A stretch of DNA of 64,000 nt from Dimorphilus gyrociliatus (Eukaryota > Animalia > Annelida). How positions within the stretch are numbered: position 1 is the first letter of the stretch; the number at the start of each line of letters is the position of its first letter. Below the pieces are notes generated by a model that saw nothing but the letters and a program-made list of their open reading frames with translations, was not told the DNA's origin and ran no database searches. The DNA is taken from contig CAJFCJ010000006.1 of assembly GCA_904063045.1 (NCBI GenBank), positions 5,100,408 to 5,164,407 of the forward strand, in the 5' to 3' direction. A program made the translations under genes and the position numbers. Positions 1 to 13,700 of the stretch are shown piece by piece.

Positions 1-119
1 CTATTAAATATTGCGTTTATATATCGATTTATATATTCATTTGTTACTCTATGGTAACCTGCATCATTTTATTTGAAGATGTACTCCGTGTCCCATTTTG
101 AGTGATTTTCGAGTCCAGA

Positions 120-506
120 TTATCCCTTATTTTTTAAGGCATTACTTTTTCTTCTTTTAGAATCCTGGGATGTGGAACCAACTCTTTTATACTGCAAATT
201 TTGTCTTTTCATCTCCCTCTGAATTGTATCAACGCTTACATTTACATCTAATTCCTTTAAAATTTTTCCTGCTGTCACCTTTTCTTTGTGTCTTTTAAGT
301 TTCTTGACAATCTTTTTCATCTTGCTTATGTCTTTTTCTTTAAGACATTTTGGACGACCCCTATTCTCTTTTTCTGGTGGCTCATACCTGATCATAGCCG
401 AAACTGTAGATGGTGCCATTCCCAAAGCTCTAGCTGTTGCCCTTAGTTCGCCCAGTTCATTAAATTTCTTGATCACAAGAGGCCTAACATCTTTGCTCCA
501 TGCCAT
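120..506 (-). mobile_element. Tc1/mariner-family transposase N-terminal (paired-like double HTH) fragment; no DDE domain seen
   Basis: From ATG at 506 the ORF reads MAWSKDVRPLVIKKF..RATARALGMAPSTVSAMIR..NRGRPKCL..KVTAGKILKEL..VSVDTIQREMKR. This shows HTH1, a GRP linker and HTH2, typical of Tc1 transposases. Stop at 122-120. Terminal inverted repeats not established. Confidence 0.75.
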
Positions 507-3500
507 AATTAAATAAATACAATAGAAATGATATAATGTAATTAAAATAGAAAATAATTGAGAAGCCAAACTTTGAAAAGTAAATTTATCTAAAAAAAAC
601 TGTTAAACGTCTATTTGAACGCAAAACCGGATGTACGTTAATTAAGTCTCGCAGCCAAATAAAGAAAAAAAAATTATGTAAATTAGTAAAAAGTTTGTCC
701 TAGTAATATTCATAAATACGATAGTTTGTACCAATTTTTTTCAATATTACATAAATTTAAATCTTTTTGGATATAAATGTAGACAAAAAAAAACTAATTT
801 TGAGGGTTTTTTAAAAATTGGCTTATCAATTGTTTGCTGATTATATTTCTTTATAAAGAAGAAGTTTCTCGTATGAGAACATAGACGATGAGCGTAATGT
901 CTAATGAAACATTGGCCAGAAAAGTTGAAATAAGTTTATAGAGCTACTGCTAAACATTGATAACGTTTAAGGATATTATTCCTTTACAAAAAATTCCAAT
1001 TTCCTCTTCTTTCTTAATAATTCTTTGCAATGAAAGAATTGAAAACTGTCTTTTAACGTATTATGCAATATTCAATTCACAAAGTTCACGAATGCCTAAG
1101 CTGGAACAGATTTTATCAAGTCATTTCTCTTTCAATTTATGCGGTTTTATTAATTAATTTTCACAAAAATAAGTGTAATAAGGCAAAAACAAAATGGAGG
1201 AAAATGTAAGATAAAAAGCGTCTTACTAATAGTTTTTCTATGTATTAAAATGAATGTTAAATTAAATGCCGAAAAATTTTAGCCCTCCTCCGCAATGATA
1301 AATAGTTCGAACAATAAAATTTTCTTTTTGTCATTTTTCTTTTCTTCATTCAAGTAAATGACGTACATTTGGCATAAAAGGGGAAAGAATAGAGCTTTTA
1401 TTGTCTGGAAGGTATTTTATTATGGTAAAAAAAGTTTTTAAAGGATATTTTTAGATAAAAGTTGTTTAGAAATTAGAAGATATATAATAAAAACTAGTTT
1501 TAGAATAATCCACTCGTGTAGGCCATTTTGCTGTGTATAAAAAAGAGAATTTTTTCCACTGCTCTATTTAATACTGTCCAACTGCATCTGAAATGTATTC
1601 TTTCCAGCTCTTTTTGAAACAAAGGTTAATAGTCTTATGTATATATGTATATAATATAACTATGTCTCTTCATTTAACAGGAAGATGTATTTCTTCATAA
1701 AAGTAAAACGAACTAGCCATATTTGATGAAATACTTCATTTTGGAAATGTTTTATTTATCTTCAAAGTCTTATCCGTTGCATCATTTTCTTCTGTATCAA
1801 TGTATACAAGAACTTTAAATTAGCGATCTTCAGGTAAGAGATATTAAATTATTATACATCTCAAGAAATTTTAGCTTCTTCGACAATATTTGATTACAAA
1901 CTTTCAAAGTACAAATAGAATTTATTAGCATATCACATAATTTTTAGTCTGACATTTCATGCATCCTTAACAAACACAATAACATTTCATTTCAAACAGA
2001 CAAACAATAAACAAATGAACGTTTCAATTTCACTTCATACACTTACTTTACATCATTGAAAATTTCGCGTACACATTTACAGACATTCGCTATTCATTCA
2101 CAAACCTTTCTTAATGTTTCTTTCACCTTCTCTAATAGCACTAAATACAAGGTTTTTTACAACATCAAAGTATGAATAAATTTTACAAGTACTATTTACA
2201 ATTATTCTAAATTATACATTACTTTTTCGCAAGCACTCTCATCTCTATACCCTAGATATATTCACTTTATTCTCTATATACAACAATACAAGACTTACTT
2301 TTTCATTCGATCAAACTTGCACATAGTGTACAGATATATCAGATTTTTTTTACAAACAAACATGCAAATCATTCAACACAGCAAACACCAACATCTTCAA
2401 ATAACATTACGTCGTACATCACCAACAATTCACTTGAATATTCTTATGAACACACTATGTTAATTACATTTTTTCAACTTGATGGAATATAAATACGGAA
2501 TTTTCTCTGGGATAAGATAAATTTCTATTAAAATTAATGAAATATGAATGGATAGATAACAATTCAGTTTTTGTAATGAATCATTACACTGCTGGTCTAC
2601 TGGTTTAATGATTTTTCAAATATAAAATAACAAGAATAGGGACTTGATATAGTAAGTTTAATTACTTTTGATATATTGTGATATTCTATACAACACTTTT
2701 ATTTAATTTTATTAACATACGACCTTTTTTTTAGAAATCAAATATGAGGAAAAATTCTCAATTTCTACATTAATTCTTTATTGATTTATGATAATCAATA
2801 ATAGATGATCAATTGAAGATCGTTGAATATTCATATTATTCTACGTAGCGCATGAAATATGCCCTTGGAAAGGAAATGAAAACTATTTTATAGATATAGA
2901 TATATATATTCTTCCGAAGTGGAGATCTTTTTTTAAAACATAGACAATAAATGAAATTGTAAAGATGTAAATAAACGTTTAGAAAGGATGTCAATTTTAA
3001 AGGGCATTTGTTAAAAACTAAATAACTTTTATACCATTTATTCAATTCTGTAACTAAACCAACGTATACTACGCCAATTTATTCTATCTATTTACTTTTA
3101 TTTCCTTCTCCCGAAAATAAAAATCATTCTTTAGTTAGTCCTCTATGTCGCTTATTCGTATACAATTCCAGAAAGCTATGCATAACGAATTATCTACCAA
3201 AGATTTAAAGTTAATCTTTAATCCTGAGAAAAAAGAATTGATAAAAGCTACTAAACCAGATATGATCAATGCATCAATATAATAAAATGTTTGCATTCTA
3301 GAAAAAATCAAGCGACGTCTTTGATCGGTTAAATTTATGACATTAAACCGTTTAAAAAGTCAATTGCACCCATTCATGTAATTTTAATTTATCTTAATAA
3401 AACAAAGTGAACATGATTCAATCTCATATTATTCTTTCGTTATCTTAAAGATTCATTTTGTTGAAATGGTTGCAAACGAAGAAGAAGAGCGCGAAGTAGA

Positions 3501-3857
3501 AAATTCTATTTTTATCTTAGATCCCGGAAAATATCTATTGAATCGGAGCAATCATTATCATTGATTAAGAGATTGACCATTAATAGACTGAATGGTAAAA
3601 TGATATCTACATCTTTATAATTCTCTATTATGATAACAGTACGTTATTGAAAATTATGAAAATTCATCTTGCTGTGTAATTTTCCGTCTATTTTTAAATA
3701 AAATATTAAACTGTAAAATGCTCATAATCGTTAAAATTGTGGAAATTTTAGTTGTAAATATTTATGTAATTAATCAATAGAGAAGAGAGTCAATCAGTCA
3801 ATAAAAAATATTTTCAAGTATTCTACTTTACACAAAGTAAAAAATCTTGATAAAGTA

Positions 3858-6005
3858 ATGAAGTATACCTTGAATATCATCATCTGTTCAGGTAAATAAG
3901 TTCTGCACTTGTTGAGATTTGTTTGTCCCATTTAATTTCAATTATATACTTTAATTAGTTTTCTTGGTGAATATATCAACTATTTATGGAATTCAAAATC
4001 TTGCAAGAAATCAACCTGCTTTTCAATCAAGTACTTTCTCCTCTCATAATGTTGCCCTAAAAGGAAATGATGATATCTATGCATCATCATCAAAAACTCA
4101 AGGTATATGTAATGAGAGGTCATGGTGGTCTGTTTATCTCGGAGGATATTGTCAAATCGACAAGGTTTGTTTACTAAGAACAGATTCTACGGGTAAGTAT
4201 AAGATAACAACTATATAAAAAAGCCTCACTCTTTCAATATGTATATTCGTAAAGCTGAAATGGATAATTTTGAAATTTGGGGCGTTGAATTTCCTAATGA
4301 TTCCACAGGCAAATCATTTTGTGCCAAAGTTTTAACAGCTATACCTGTATCTATTAATCAGCAAAATCCTGCTTATCATTGTGTAAATGTTGACTGCAAA
4401 GGATCTTTTCTCTATCTTAAAACAAAATATACAGAAGTAGTGTTTGGAGTAGGAGATATAAAAGTTGAAGGAAGACGCCTTAATATTACAAGTAGTTATG
4501 TATTACATGTTATAATCCTTGAAACTTTCATATTTCATTCATATATGTAGCTGATTTGGAATTTCTTGATATAAGTCAAGCGTCAATTTTTACTGGACGT
4601 TCACAAAGTCAAATAAATCTCCAAGATTTGACAGACAATAGCTTTTCGACATCTCTGACTACCTTTCTCAGGAGTCCAAGGAATGATAGACCATTTATTC
4701 GTATCGATTTTCAGACTTTAATTACAGTAAGAGGAGTTATTGTTGATATTACAGCAAATGAAGGTGAATTTTTATATAGTTTAAAGTTCTTATCTCTTTA
4801 AAATAACCATTGATCTACCCCTTTTAAATAGAATGGGAACATCTACACAAATTTTTTGTAGCAGTAAACCTGGTACCTCAAACATACCTTAATCATATCT
4901 TAAAGACCTGTGTTGTAAATTTTAAAGCTCAAAATCATTCATTTACTACTCAGTCTTTCCGCTGTTCTTGTGATATATCTGGAAGATATGTTCTACTCGG
5001 AATAAGTCAAGTAGGATCGTCCAGTTTACGTATAATTAACTTAGCTAATCTATATATCTATGGAAAATTTGAAAGAGAAGAAGCTGATATGGGTAAGTAT
5101 TCATTTTAATCATTCTAAATATTCGTTTTCTTCCGATTTTCATCTGAAATAAATTGAAGATTGAAAATGTTTTTGTATTAGAAACAACTATTCCAATGGC
5201 ACTAAATATTTTATCAATAAAGAAACAACAAACCGAATATAAGCCAATCCTGAACGATAAAGTTTATTATTCTGACGGTATATCAGAAAGTATAGCTATG
5301 GAAGATACAGAAGAACTAATAGTAACAATGATAAAGTCAAAAGTGGATACAATTTGCATTACAGGTAATTAAATGAATGAATTAAAATCGAATTTTACTA
5401 ATAGTATTTTATAAATGATTTGCTTTTAGTATTTAACAATGCTTCTGGCGGTGGAAATTATGGAATTAAGTGTACTTTCAAAGATGGAGAAAAAATTAGG
5501 GCTCTTAAATATTTAACATCATATTTCTTATTTGAACAAACTACTTGCCTACGTTTGAGTATGTTGACAGTAGATACGATAATTCTGACGGCAAACTATG
5601 CATTTAGAATAAGTGAACTTGATATATTTCTTCATACAATTAGAGGTAATGAATTATTAAGATAATTTCTTCATTTATTGTTTTTCTTTTATGAATTTAA
5701 AAACAGTAAATCTTGTTAAGTTATTGCCTGATTGCAATAAAAACACTCCAAGGGTATTATCACTGTCTGATAAAAATTTGAAAGGAAAACATGGTTTAGC
5801 TATAGAAGGAGCTGAAATTGATAAGGATTCTATATTTATAGTTTCCATGCAAAGTGAAAGCAAAAGCAAGTTCTGTACTTATGTTGATCAATTCTTTGTA
5901 GTTGTTAAGAGTATTCATCATTACTCTTGCAACAATCCAGCATTTGGTATAAAGATCATTATTTGGAATCCTAAGACAGTTATTGGACTGCTAGCAATAA
6001 TATAG
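3858..6005 (+). CDS. Secreted protein with tandem degenerate F-type lectin / F5-8 type C-like domains (multi-exon)
   Basis: Signal exon 3858-3891 (MKYTLNIIICS, gtaaat donor) splices in phase 1 to 3959. Domain 1 NLARNQPAFQSSTF..NDD..WWSVYLG..RTD..CAKV matches the FTP fold. Further exons near 4550, 4830, 5181, 5429 and 5707 repeat similar, more diverged units. Confidence 0.7.
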
Positions 6006-6574
6006 CCTCAAGAAGAATGTTGCACATATTACATAAGATATTTTAGAAGTAGCTGGATAGCAAGTATTAATATGATACGCTGAACGAGATAATTAACGTT
6101 GTATCTCTATATATATACATATATAATTGAAAATCAGAATAAATACTCTATAGTAGATATTAAAGAGTTTTAGATTATATTACTAATTTTTAGAAATAGT
6201 ATGTCAATCTTGTATTGCATTATTATCAATTTCTTTTCTGGTATTTAGAAAATTTAGGCTAAGAATGATCAAAAAAAGCTTAAGAGCAAACGTTTTATTT
6301 ACCAAAGGTTGGTTGGCCGAATTTGTAATACTGTAATGTAACTTAAGTCTTATTTTGACAGAGATTGTTGAATTTTAGAATGACTTGTATAAGTTATTTA
6401 TAGGTGTATTTATATCTATTCTATATATCGTCGTTTTATGGCGTTAGATATTTTAACAGGCTATCACATTAATAAAAAAGATTTTATTACATTGTAATAA
6501 TAATTATCAACTCATTATTTTCTGTATTTCTATATTATCGAGCAAAAGATAACATAAATACTATATATATATAT

Positions 6575-7045
6575 TTAATTAACCGAACCATAAGTTGCTA
6601 TATTAAGCGATTCACATAATGAGCTGTTCTCATGATCTAAACAGTAATTTGTAATAGACATGTAATCATGAGCAAGAACTTCGTGCCTGTGGAGAAAATT
6701 TTCAATGATCACTCTAATTTGGTAACAATCGTTGATTGTCCAATCGTTGATCATGTAACATCCAATCCACCTTGAATTCATTGGATAATAGGGAATCTTT
6801 ATAAGAAGGAGTAAACAATTACGTTTATTAACTATTTGAGTTATTTCTAATAAAAATAAATCATTCTGTTCTACCTGACTATTTGGTTTTTCGGGGTCCG
6901 TAGGTTTGTCATTTTCCAGATGTTCCCGTTTTTCCAAGTCGTTTAAAGATTTTAAGATTTTTCGAATTTCCAAATTTTTAAGATTGATTTGGAGTGACAA
7001 AGTTAAAAGTAGCGCAAAAGTAGAGATGATAAGCAAGCCTTTCAT
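6575..7045 (-). CDS. Orphan secreted prepro-protein, 156 aa, single exon
   Basis: Uninterrupted ATG ORF in AT-rich DNA. Hydrophobic N-terminus MKGLLIISTFALLLTLS, two KR sites (LEKR, VNKR) and five Cys in the C-terminal part. Confidence 0.65.
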   Translation of the reverse strand: MKGLLIISTFALLLTLSLQINLKNLEIRKILKSLNDLEKREHLENDKPTDPEKPNSQVEQNDLFLLEITQIVNKRNCLLLLIKIPYYPMNSRWIGCYMINDWTINDCYQIRVIIENFLHRHEVLAHDYMSITNYCLDHENSSLCESLNIATYGSVN

Positions 7046-7781
7046 ATTTTTCTTTTTGAGTTGCTCTTAGCCAAAGAGTGCAAGGAATGGACAAGATACT
7101 TTTCTTTGTAATATATTGGATTGTTATTTAAATATAAAATCATATTGCTTTAAGAAAAACTGGTTCTTTCTAGTTTGGTATATTGAACTTTAAATGTAAC
7201 TCTTTAAATAATAAACTATTATTTTTACATCTTGTTTTTGAGAAAAGGCTTTTTGCTGTGTTGATGAAATCAAATTTAATGATAATTATGAGCTATTCCC
7301 TATTCATTCAAAGGGCCTTTCAACTCGTAAAATGTTGGGCCTCTTTTATTGTGTCTCTTGATCATTTGCTATGAAACATCTAGAATAAAAAAATAATAGT
7401 AAATCTATTATTGATTTTATAGTCTACTTTACGTAAAGCTAATCTTTTATTTTTGGAAGGGTGGAGCAGTCAAACCTATCAAAAGTGTTCAACTTTAAGT
7501 GGGTGGTATTATTTTAAGCATACAGAATAGCTATGCCTACAGAAGAATGAAATATTTTTATATAGAGATTTTTCTCTCTTACTATTGTTATTAATAGCAA
7601 AAGTTATAAAGACCAACACAATAACCCTCCTTTATTATATTAGTTATTCATAGAGTAAGAATAAGAGGTAATTGTTTAATATTTATTGATATGAAAAAGT
7701 CAGCCTCCTGACTAATAGGTAAATTAATTTAACTATTTAAATAATGTATTCTACTTTCTTTTTCCTCCTATAAACTAATAA

Positions 7782-10700
7782 TTAAACAGATATATGCATA
7801 GTATTAAATCGTTGAAATCTTCTTCTAGAAAGTATAACTGTATGTTTTTGTAACACTCTTCTTACAAAACATCCATAATGATAAATATCATTTTTTTCAC
7901 GATCTGTTGTTAAACACAAAATGTTTGAACATGATAAAAAGTAGCGTTTTCTTTCACTTCTAATCATCTGTTATTATGTAAATAAAACAAATAGGATATA
8001 TAAGAAATGAATAAGATAATGTGAGAAAAATATCAAGTACATAAATATCTTTATATGTAATACTTTGACTATAGCTATATGAATGAGAATGGAGAAAGTG
8101 TAAGGCAATTAGAATCTCCTTTACGCATCTGAAATAACTTAAGCTTAAGAAGAAGAGCTTATCCATTGCAAAGGATTCTATGTTTAATCTTGAGCATCCG
8201 CAAATTAAATAATAATCCTCTTTATATTGTAAGAATTCTAAAGCTGTAAACAATACGTATTTCATATTTATAAAATTATCTCTAATAAGTTAAAATAGAT
8301 AAATAATCGTACTCTTTAAGATGATCTTTCTCTTGTTTCTCCGCTGGACAGCATTACTTCAAAATTCGTTCAAGTTAATTTACTAACGTGTAATAAGTTG
8401 ATTATACCTTCTTTGTATTTTTAGCTTCTTCTTCCGATGAATTAAATTATATACTTCCCAGAAATTATAGATTAAAGGATTTAAGGTTGCATTAAGAGGA
8501 ACAATAAAGGAAACTATCCAAACATATATTTCAATATTTAAGTTTAATTTTCCAATAACTGATGATATACCTGTAATTAGCTTTTGTTTTTTAAACTAAA
8601 TGATAATAAATTTCATAAATCTTTAACATTTAAAGAGATTTCAATAACCTAATATTGATATTGGAAACCAGCAAAAAAAGTTTGTCAATACTATTACAGT
8701 AGAATTTAACATTAACTTTTGATGATCATGTTTTAGTAGTTTTTTTATGAATTTTCTTGATTGAAAGACAAATTTAATTAAACTAAAATAAAAACAACCA
8801 ATTACAACTGTCAGGGCACACGTCAATATTCCAAAAATAGAAAAGGAATATATCCAACCATCAGCTTTTTCGCTAGTTATATGAATTGAGAAACAAATTG
8901 CTGATCTTGAATAATAATTCTATCATTTTGTTAAATCATAGAGTTAATAATTGAAAATAAGAAAAAGATTCTTTCTCTTACGGGATAAATGAAAAGTGGG
9001 AGAACTGAGAGTATTATTGAGAGAACTATAATTATGGCTAAAAGAAGTAATATACAAAATTGTGATAAATAATCTTTGAAAGGATTGGTTATAGCCTGAT
9101 ATCGTTCAATTGTTATTGTAAGCAGACAAAGGGAAGAAAGCATCACTGAAAAACTACAAAATGCACCTGAAAATTTGCATAAATGTCCATTTCTCCATAT
9201 CTCGTCGTATTCAATATATACTCCTTTATAAAATATATCTACACCAGCAAGAATAAGGACGTAAATGACAGTACAAAGATCAGCAAATGATAAAGTAATA
9301 TATAAATAATTGCTAGGTTTTTCGAATAATTTTATTCTCACTACTAAAGATACTATATTTCCGGTTAGACCGAATACACACATTGTCCAAACGATTAATC
9401 TTATCACATTTGTTTGAAATAGATCCCTGCAAGAGTTAAAAATAGATGTTTTTGGATAGCAAATTGTCAAGTAGTTAAGATGTTTCCAAGCTAAACAACA
9501 TATCTTGAAATAAATACTAAAAACTTTCTCCAAAAGTGACAATGTTTTAATGAATTTTAAATTCACCATAATAGGAAATTTTGTATTATTTAAATGTAAT
9601 TCTCTTAAATTTAATAAGTATTTGAATGAATTCGTATCAATTTTCTTGAATTTACAATCAGTCATCTTTAAAATAAGAAGATTCTTTAGATATTTAAAAC
9701 AATGCCGTTCAATTCTATATAAAGATGATGACGATACATCTAGAAATCTTAAACTTTTTAGATATTGAATTTCAATTGAAGATAGATATTTTATAGGTGT
9801 ACTCTTTAAAATTAAATATTGAAGTTTTTTCATATTCCATAAAGAGACAGCATCCAAATAAAACTTGTCCGATTCAGTTAAATTTAGAAACATAGCATTT
9901 GGGAACATATAGGAAAAATTCAATAGATTTATGTGACAGTTGATTAAATCTATATAGACAATTTTAAAAAATGGAACTGAATCATTAGTAACAAATATAT
10001 TTCTATATTTGACATAAAGTTTCTTAAATTCGGTATTTCTTCTTTGATTAATCAAAAGTAATGAATAACGTTGAACAGGTGAACTGTTATCATAGCATGA
10101 AGCGTTATAATGTGGAACGCATGTACATGTTTCTATACAATAGGGTTTTTTAACGCAAAATAGCTCATCGCTACCTTTAATACAATCTACAATGCCATTG
10201 CATACTTCAGACATATTAACGAAGAAATGCTCATTTCGACACTTAAAATACCCGGATGGAATAAAGTTATCTGAAAAGTAGTTTTTAATCAACGAAACAT
10301 CTTTATCACTCTTTATTATGAATTAAAACCGCATTTAATTTCATCATCATTATTCGGGCAGTGTCCTATACCATCGCAAACTTGATGTATGGATAAACAA
10401 ATTAATTTTCCTTCTTCTTTACATTTATATTCTCCTTCCCTACAATCATTCATATTACTGCTGTCGCATGTCTCCAAAGTTCTAAATGGATAATGAACTT
10501 GAGTTTTCAAATTTCCAAACGAATCGTATTCAACTAAACATGATTTCTCCTCAAGTTTAGGAATATATGTGGAGATAAATTTACAATAAAGTAATTCACT
10601 AACACCGAAGATTTTGCTACAAATCGCAGGAATTTCGTCCGAATTATCTTTGCAGTCGTGCTTCATATCACAAAAAAGTGATATTCTTTTACATACACCG

Positions 10701-13700
10701 TCACATAAAAACTGCTGGTCCTTACGACATTCTATTGAAAAGACATATGAAAGAGAATTCTATTAAGATACAATTAAATGTATTAAAAAAAGATAGGCTA
10801 CCATCAGTACAATTTTCATCGGAGGCATCAATGCAGTTTTTTTCATTATTACACTTATAGTTTGAATCAATACACTGTCCATTTTTACATTTTACTTTGC
10901 CATGACAGTCATCAAACACTAATTATGAGTTTATACATCATATCTATAATCTACATGTTTGATATAATCTTACTACAATTCTCTTCATCTTCACCATTCG
11001 GACAGTCTTTTTCAAAATCACAAACTTGTTTGTAATTTATTCTATCTTTTATGTTACATATAAATGATGATGTTACAGAGCAATTTTGCTCATCTTCCCC
11101 ATCAAAACAATCATGTACTCCATCACAAACATAGAGAGAATTGATGCAGAATTGATGTGTTTTACAGAAAAATCCTATTGAACAGCTACTAAAGTTCATA
11201 ATAGACATTTCAATATTTTTATCTTTTATTAAGCTAATAGAATTATCTGAAAAGTTCATTATAAAGTTTACAAACTTTGGCAAACTATCTAAATTTTATA
11301 CCGTGTGACGTTTGACAAACGAAATAAGAAAAATATTCATATAAACAGCTAATAGGATAAAAAAGTCGATCGTAATGTTTCGTATTGCTAAGTGAAACAA
11401 AAAAGCAATCGACATTAGATTGAAAAGGAAATTTGAATTCAATTTGATCTTCATTCGGAGAACAATATGTTAATGAAACTCTGTCTGGTAGTAAATTATT
11501 AAGTTCGTACGCCGATCCTCCAGAAGTAATTTTTATAGAGGAATTTCTTATGTTCTTTTTTTCCTTTATCACTATAGGAAAGAGCAAGTATTACTTTTTG
11601 ATGATATTTTCAAAATTAAAGTGCCAACTGCTTGGAAATATGTATCTTAAGACACGTGAACGGAAATTAGTTAGTTTGAAGTATAAGAGATTTAAATATC
11701 CATCGATCGTGGAAAGCAAAAGAGTTTTGTCATTGGCAGAAGTTAAATCGGCTATGAGCATTCTATTTTGAATACACTTTTCATTTATTTCATTCACTGA
11801 TACAGGTACATTTTCATGAAAGAAATAGAAGCAAGAATCGTCATAGAGGATTCCATTTTCTTCAGGGCACACTAAATATAAAAAAGACACATATGAATTT
11901 TAACATTCAAAGGAAGAAACGACCCAAACTCTTTCTAGGTTTATTTGAACATTTAACTTTAAGGGAAAAGCGTAGATAGGAAGCTTCAACATTTCTGTTA
12001 AATATCCGTTAAATGTTATATAAGATAAAGAGAATGCAAATATTTTTATTGACCTTCTAGCTCTGTAGCTACCAAATATTTCTTTTTTCACTATAATCTT
12101 TTCATAGAACAATTAATAATGAAAAGAGTATAGAAATAGATTGTTTTAAGGAGATATACTATACCCTGTTACGATTTAACGATGTCTTACAATCATTTAA
12201 ACTTGAAGAAGAGCTATTGCATGACAAATCAAATAAAGGAAGACTCAAGATTCCATCTTCGTTTTTTAGAAAAGTAATATCTCTTTCTCCAGATTTAAAA
12301 CCGAAGTGTTGACATATTAAGATTACTTCCCTTTGATAAACTCCTGTTGGAGATACAAGATACCATGAATTTTGATAGAAGACTTGAACAATTCCAATTT
12401 TTTCTTTAGAATGTAATCCATTATTTAATGTGTGAGTTACTTCTTGCGATGGATATAAACGATATTCGAAATCTGATTATATATAGCAGAAGACTTTATA
12501 ATATAGTAAAAGAAAATGTAATTAGCTATTTATAACCCTTGCTATTATTTGATGGTTTGCAAAAAGGTGCGTAGACAAGGTAGTTTGTTTCCAGAGAAAC
12601 AATTCTACAACCATTCATGTAAGAGTTATCCCAAAGGCAATCCGTTAAAATAGGTCTCTTTCTATGCGAATATTCATTTTTCCTTAGACGTCGACATTTC
12701 TACAAAACATTACAGACTATGAAATGATAGAATATGAAATATTTCCATAAAAGAAACCAGTCTAAACCTGTTTCTTCGACCAAATATCAATTACTATTAC
12801 AGGTAAACGATTATCAAAATCCATATTGTAGTATCTACATATAGAAGCCGCAGACAGCTGAGAGTTTTCAACGGTATTAAACGCATATAACAAAGCTCCA
12901 TATGTATTTGATTTGAGTATTAGAGAGCGATTACCAAATAATTTGCTAGCTTGCGAATGACTCTTTCCTATAAAGTTTACGGGCATTGGGAGAACTTTAA
13001 CATCTTGTTAATAAAGATAATTCTTCTTTTTAGTATCATTTTAAAAAGTGATTGTTTTAAAAGAACCTTGTATATCGGAATAAGAACAGTTAAAATTACT
13101 AGAAATTTCACTGTTATTAATTTCTATTGCGTTGAAAACCTCCAAATTTGTATCATTTAAAACTACCAACTTCCTACTCATCTTTTGATCTTTTTTATTT
13201 GTCTTATAAAATTTTACAAGTTGGCATATTTTCAATTTTAGGGATAAGTTGATATAGATAAAATGAGAATGTCTTCTATATCTAAGCATAGGTAAAAATT
13301 CCTTATTTCCATTATCAATTGATTTTGCAAAGAAATCTATTAAAGAGGATAAAAAACATAATAAGAGTTAATAAGTTTATTAAATTCAACATACAAGGCT
13401 TATTTGTTTTAAAACATTTCAATAAAACAGCATAAGCGTCTGTAATACATCTTGACGGAACATTTTCGCTATATAGAAATATATATATATGTATATACTA
13501 TATATTGTAAGTTAATTTAGTTAAAAAAAAACAGTATTTTTACAGATTCTTTCTTCTATTTATTTGAATCAAAGCTTCGTCTGTATTGAAGTAATTTGAA
13601 AAAACTCTGGATTATTAATATTTACAAAGTATATTAAAACAAATAGACATAATGAATACCTTCTTTAGCTTTATATGTATCTGTAAAATAATGTAAATTA

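Noticed and set aside
1620-2520. Strand-skewed (G-poor, CA-rich on +) tract plus an exon-like piece 1680-1833 with good splice sites
   Set aside because: All three frames of the exon-like piece contain stops, and no repeat unit or ORF could be defined. At most a UTR exon.
2836-3600. Short open frames on both strands (e.g. MSLIRIQFQK.., MVANEEEERE..)
   Set aside because: Could not be spliced into a stop-free model, and no recognisable domain.
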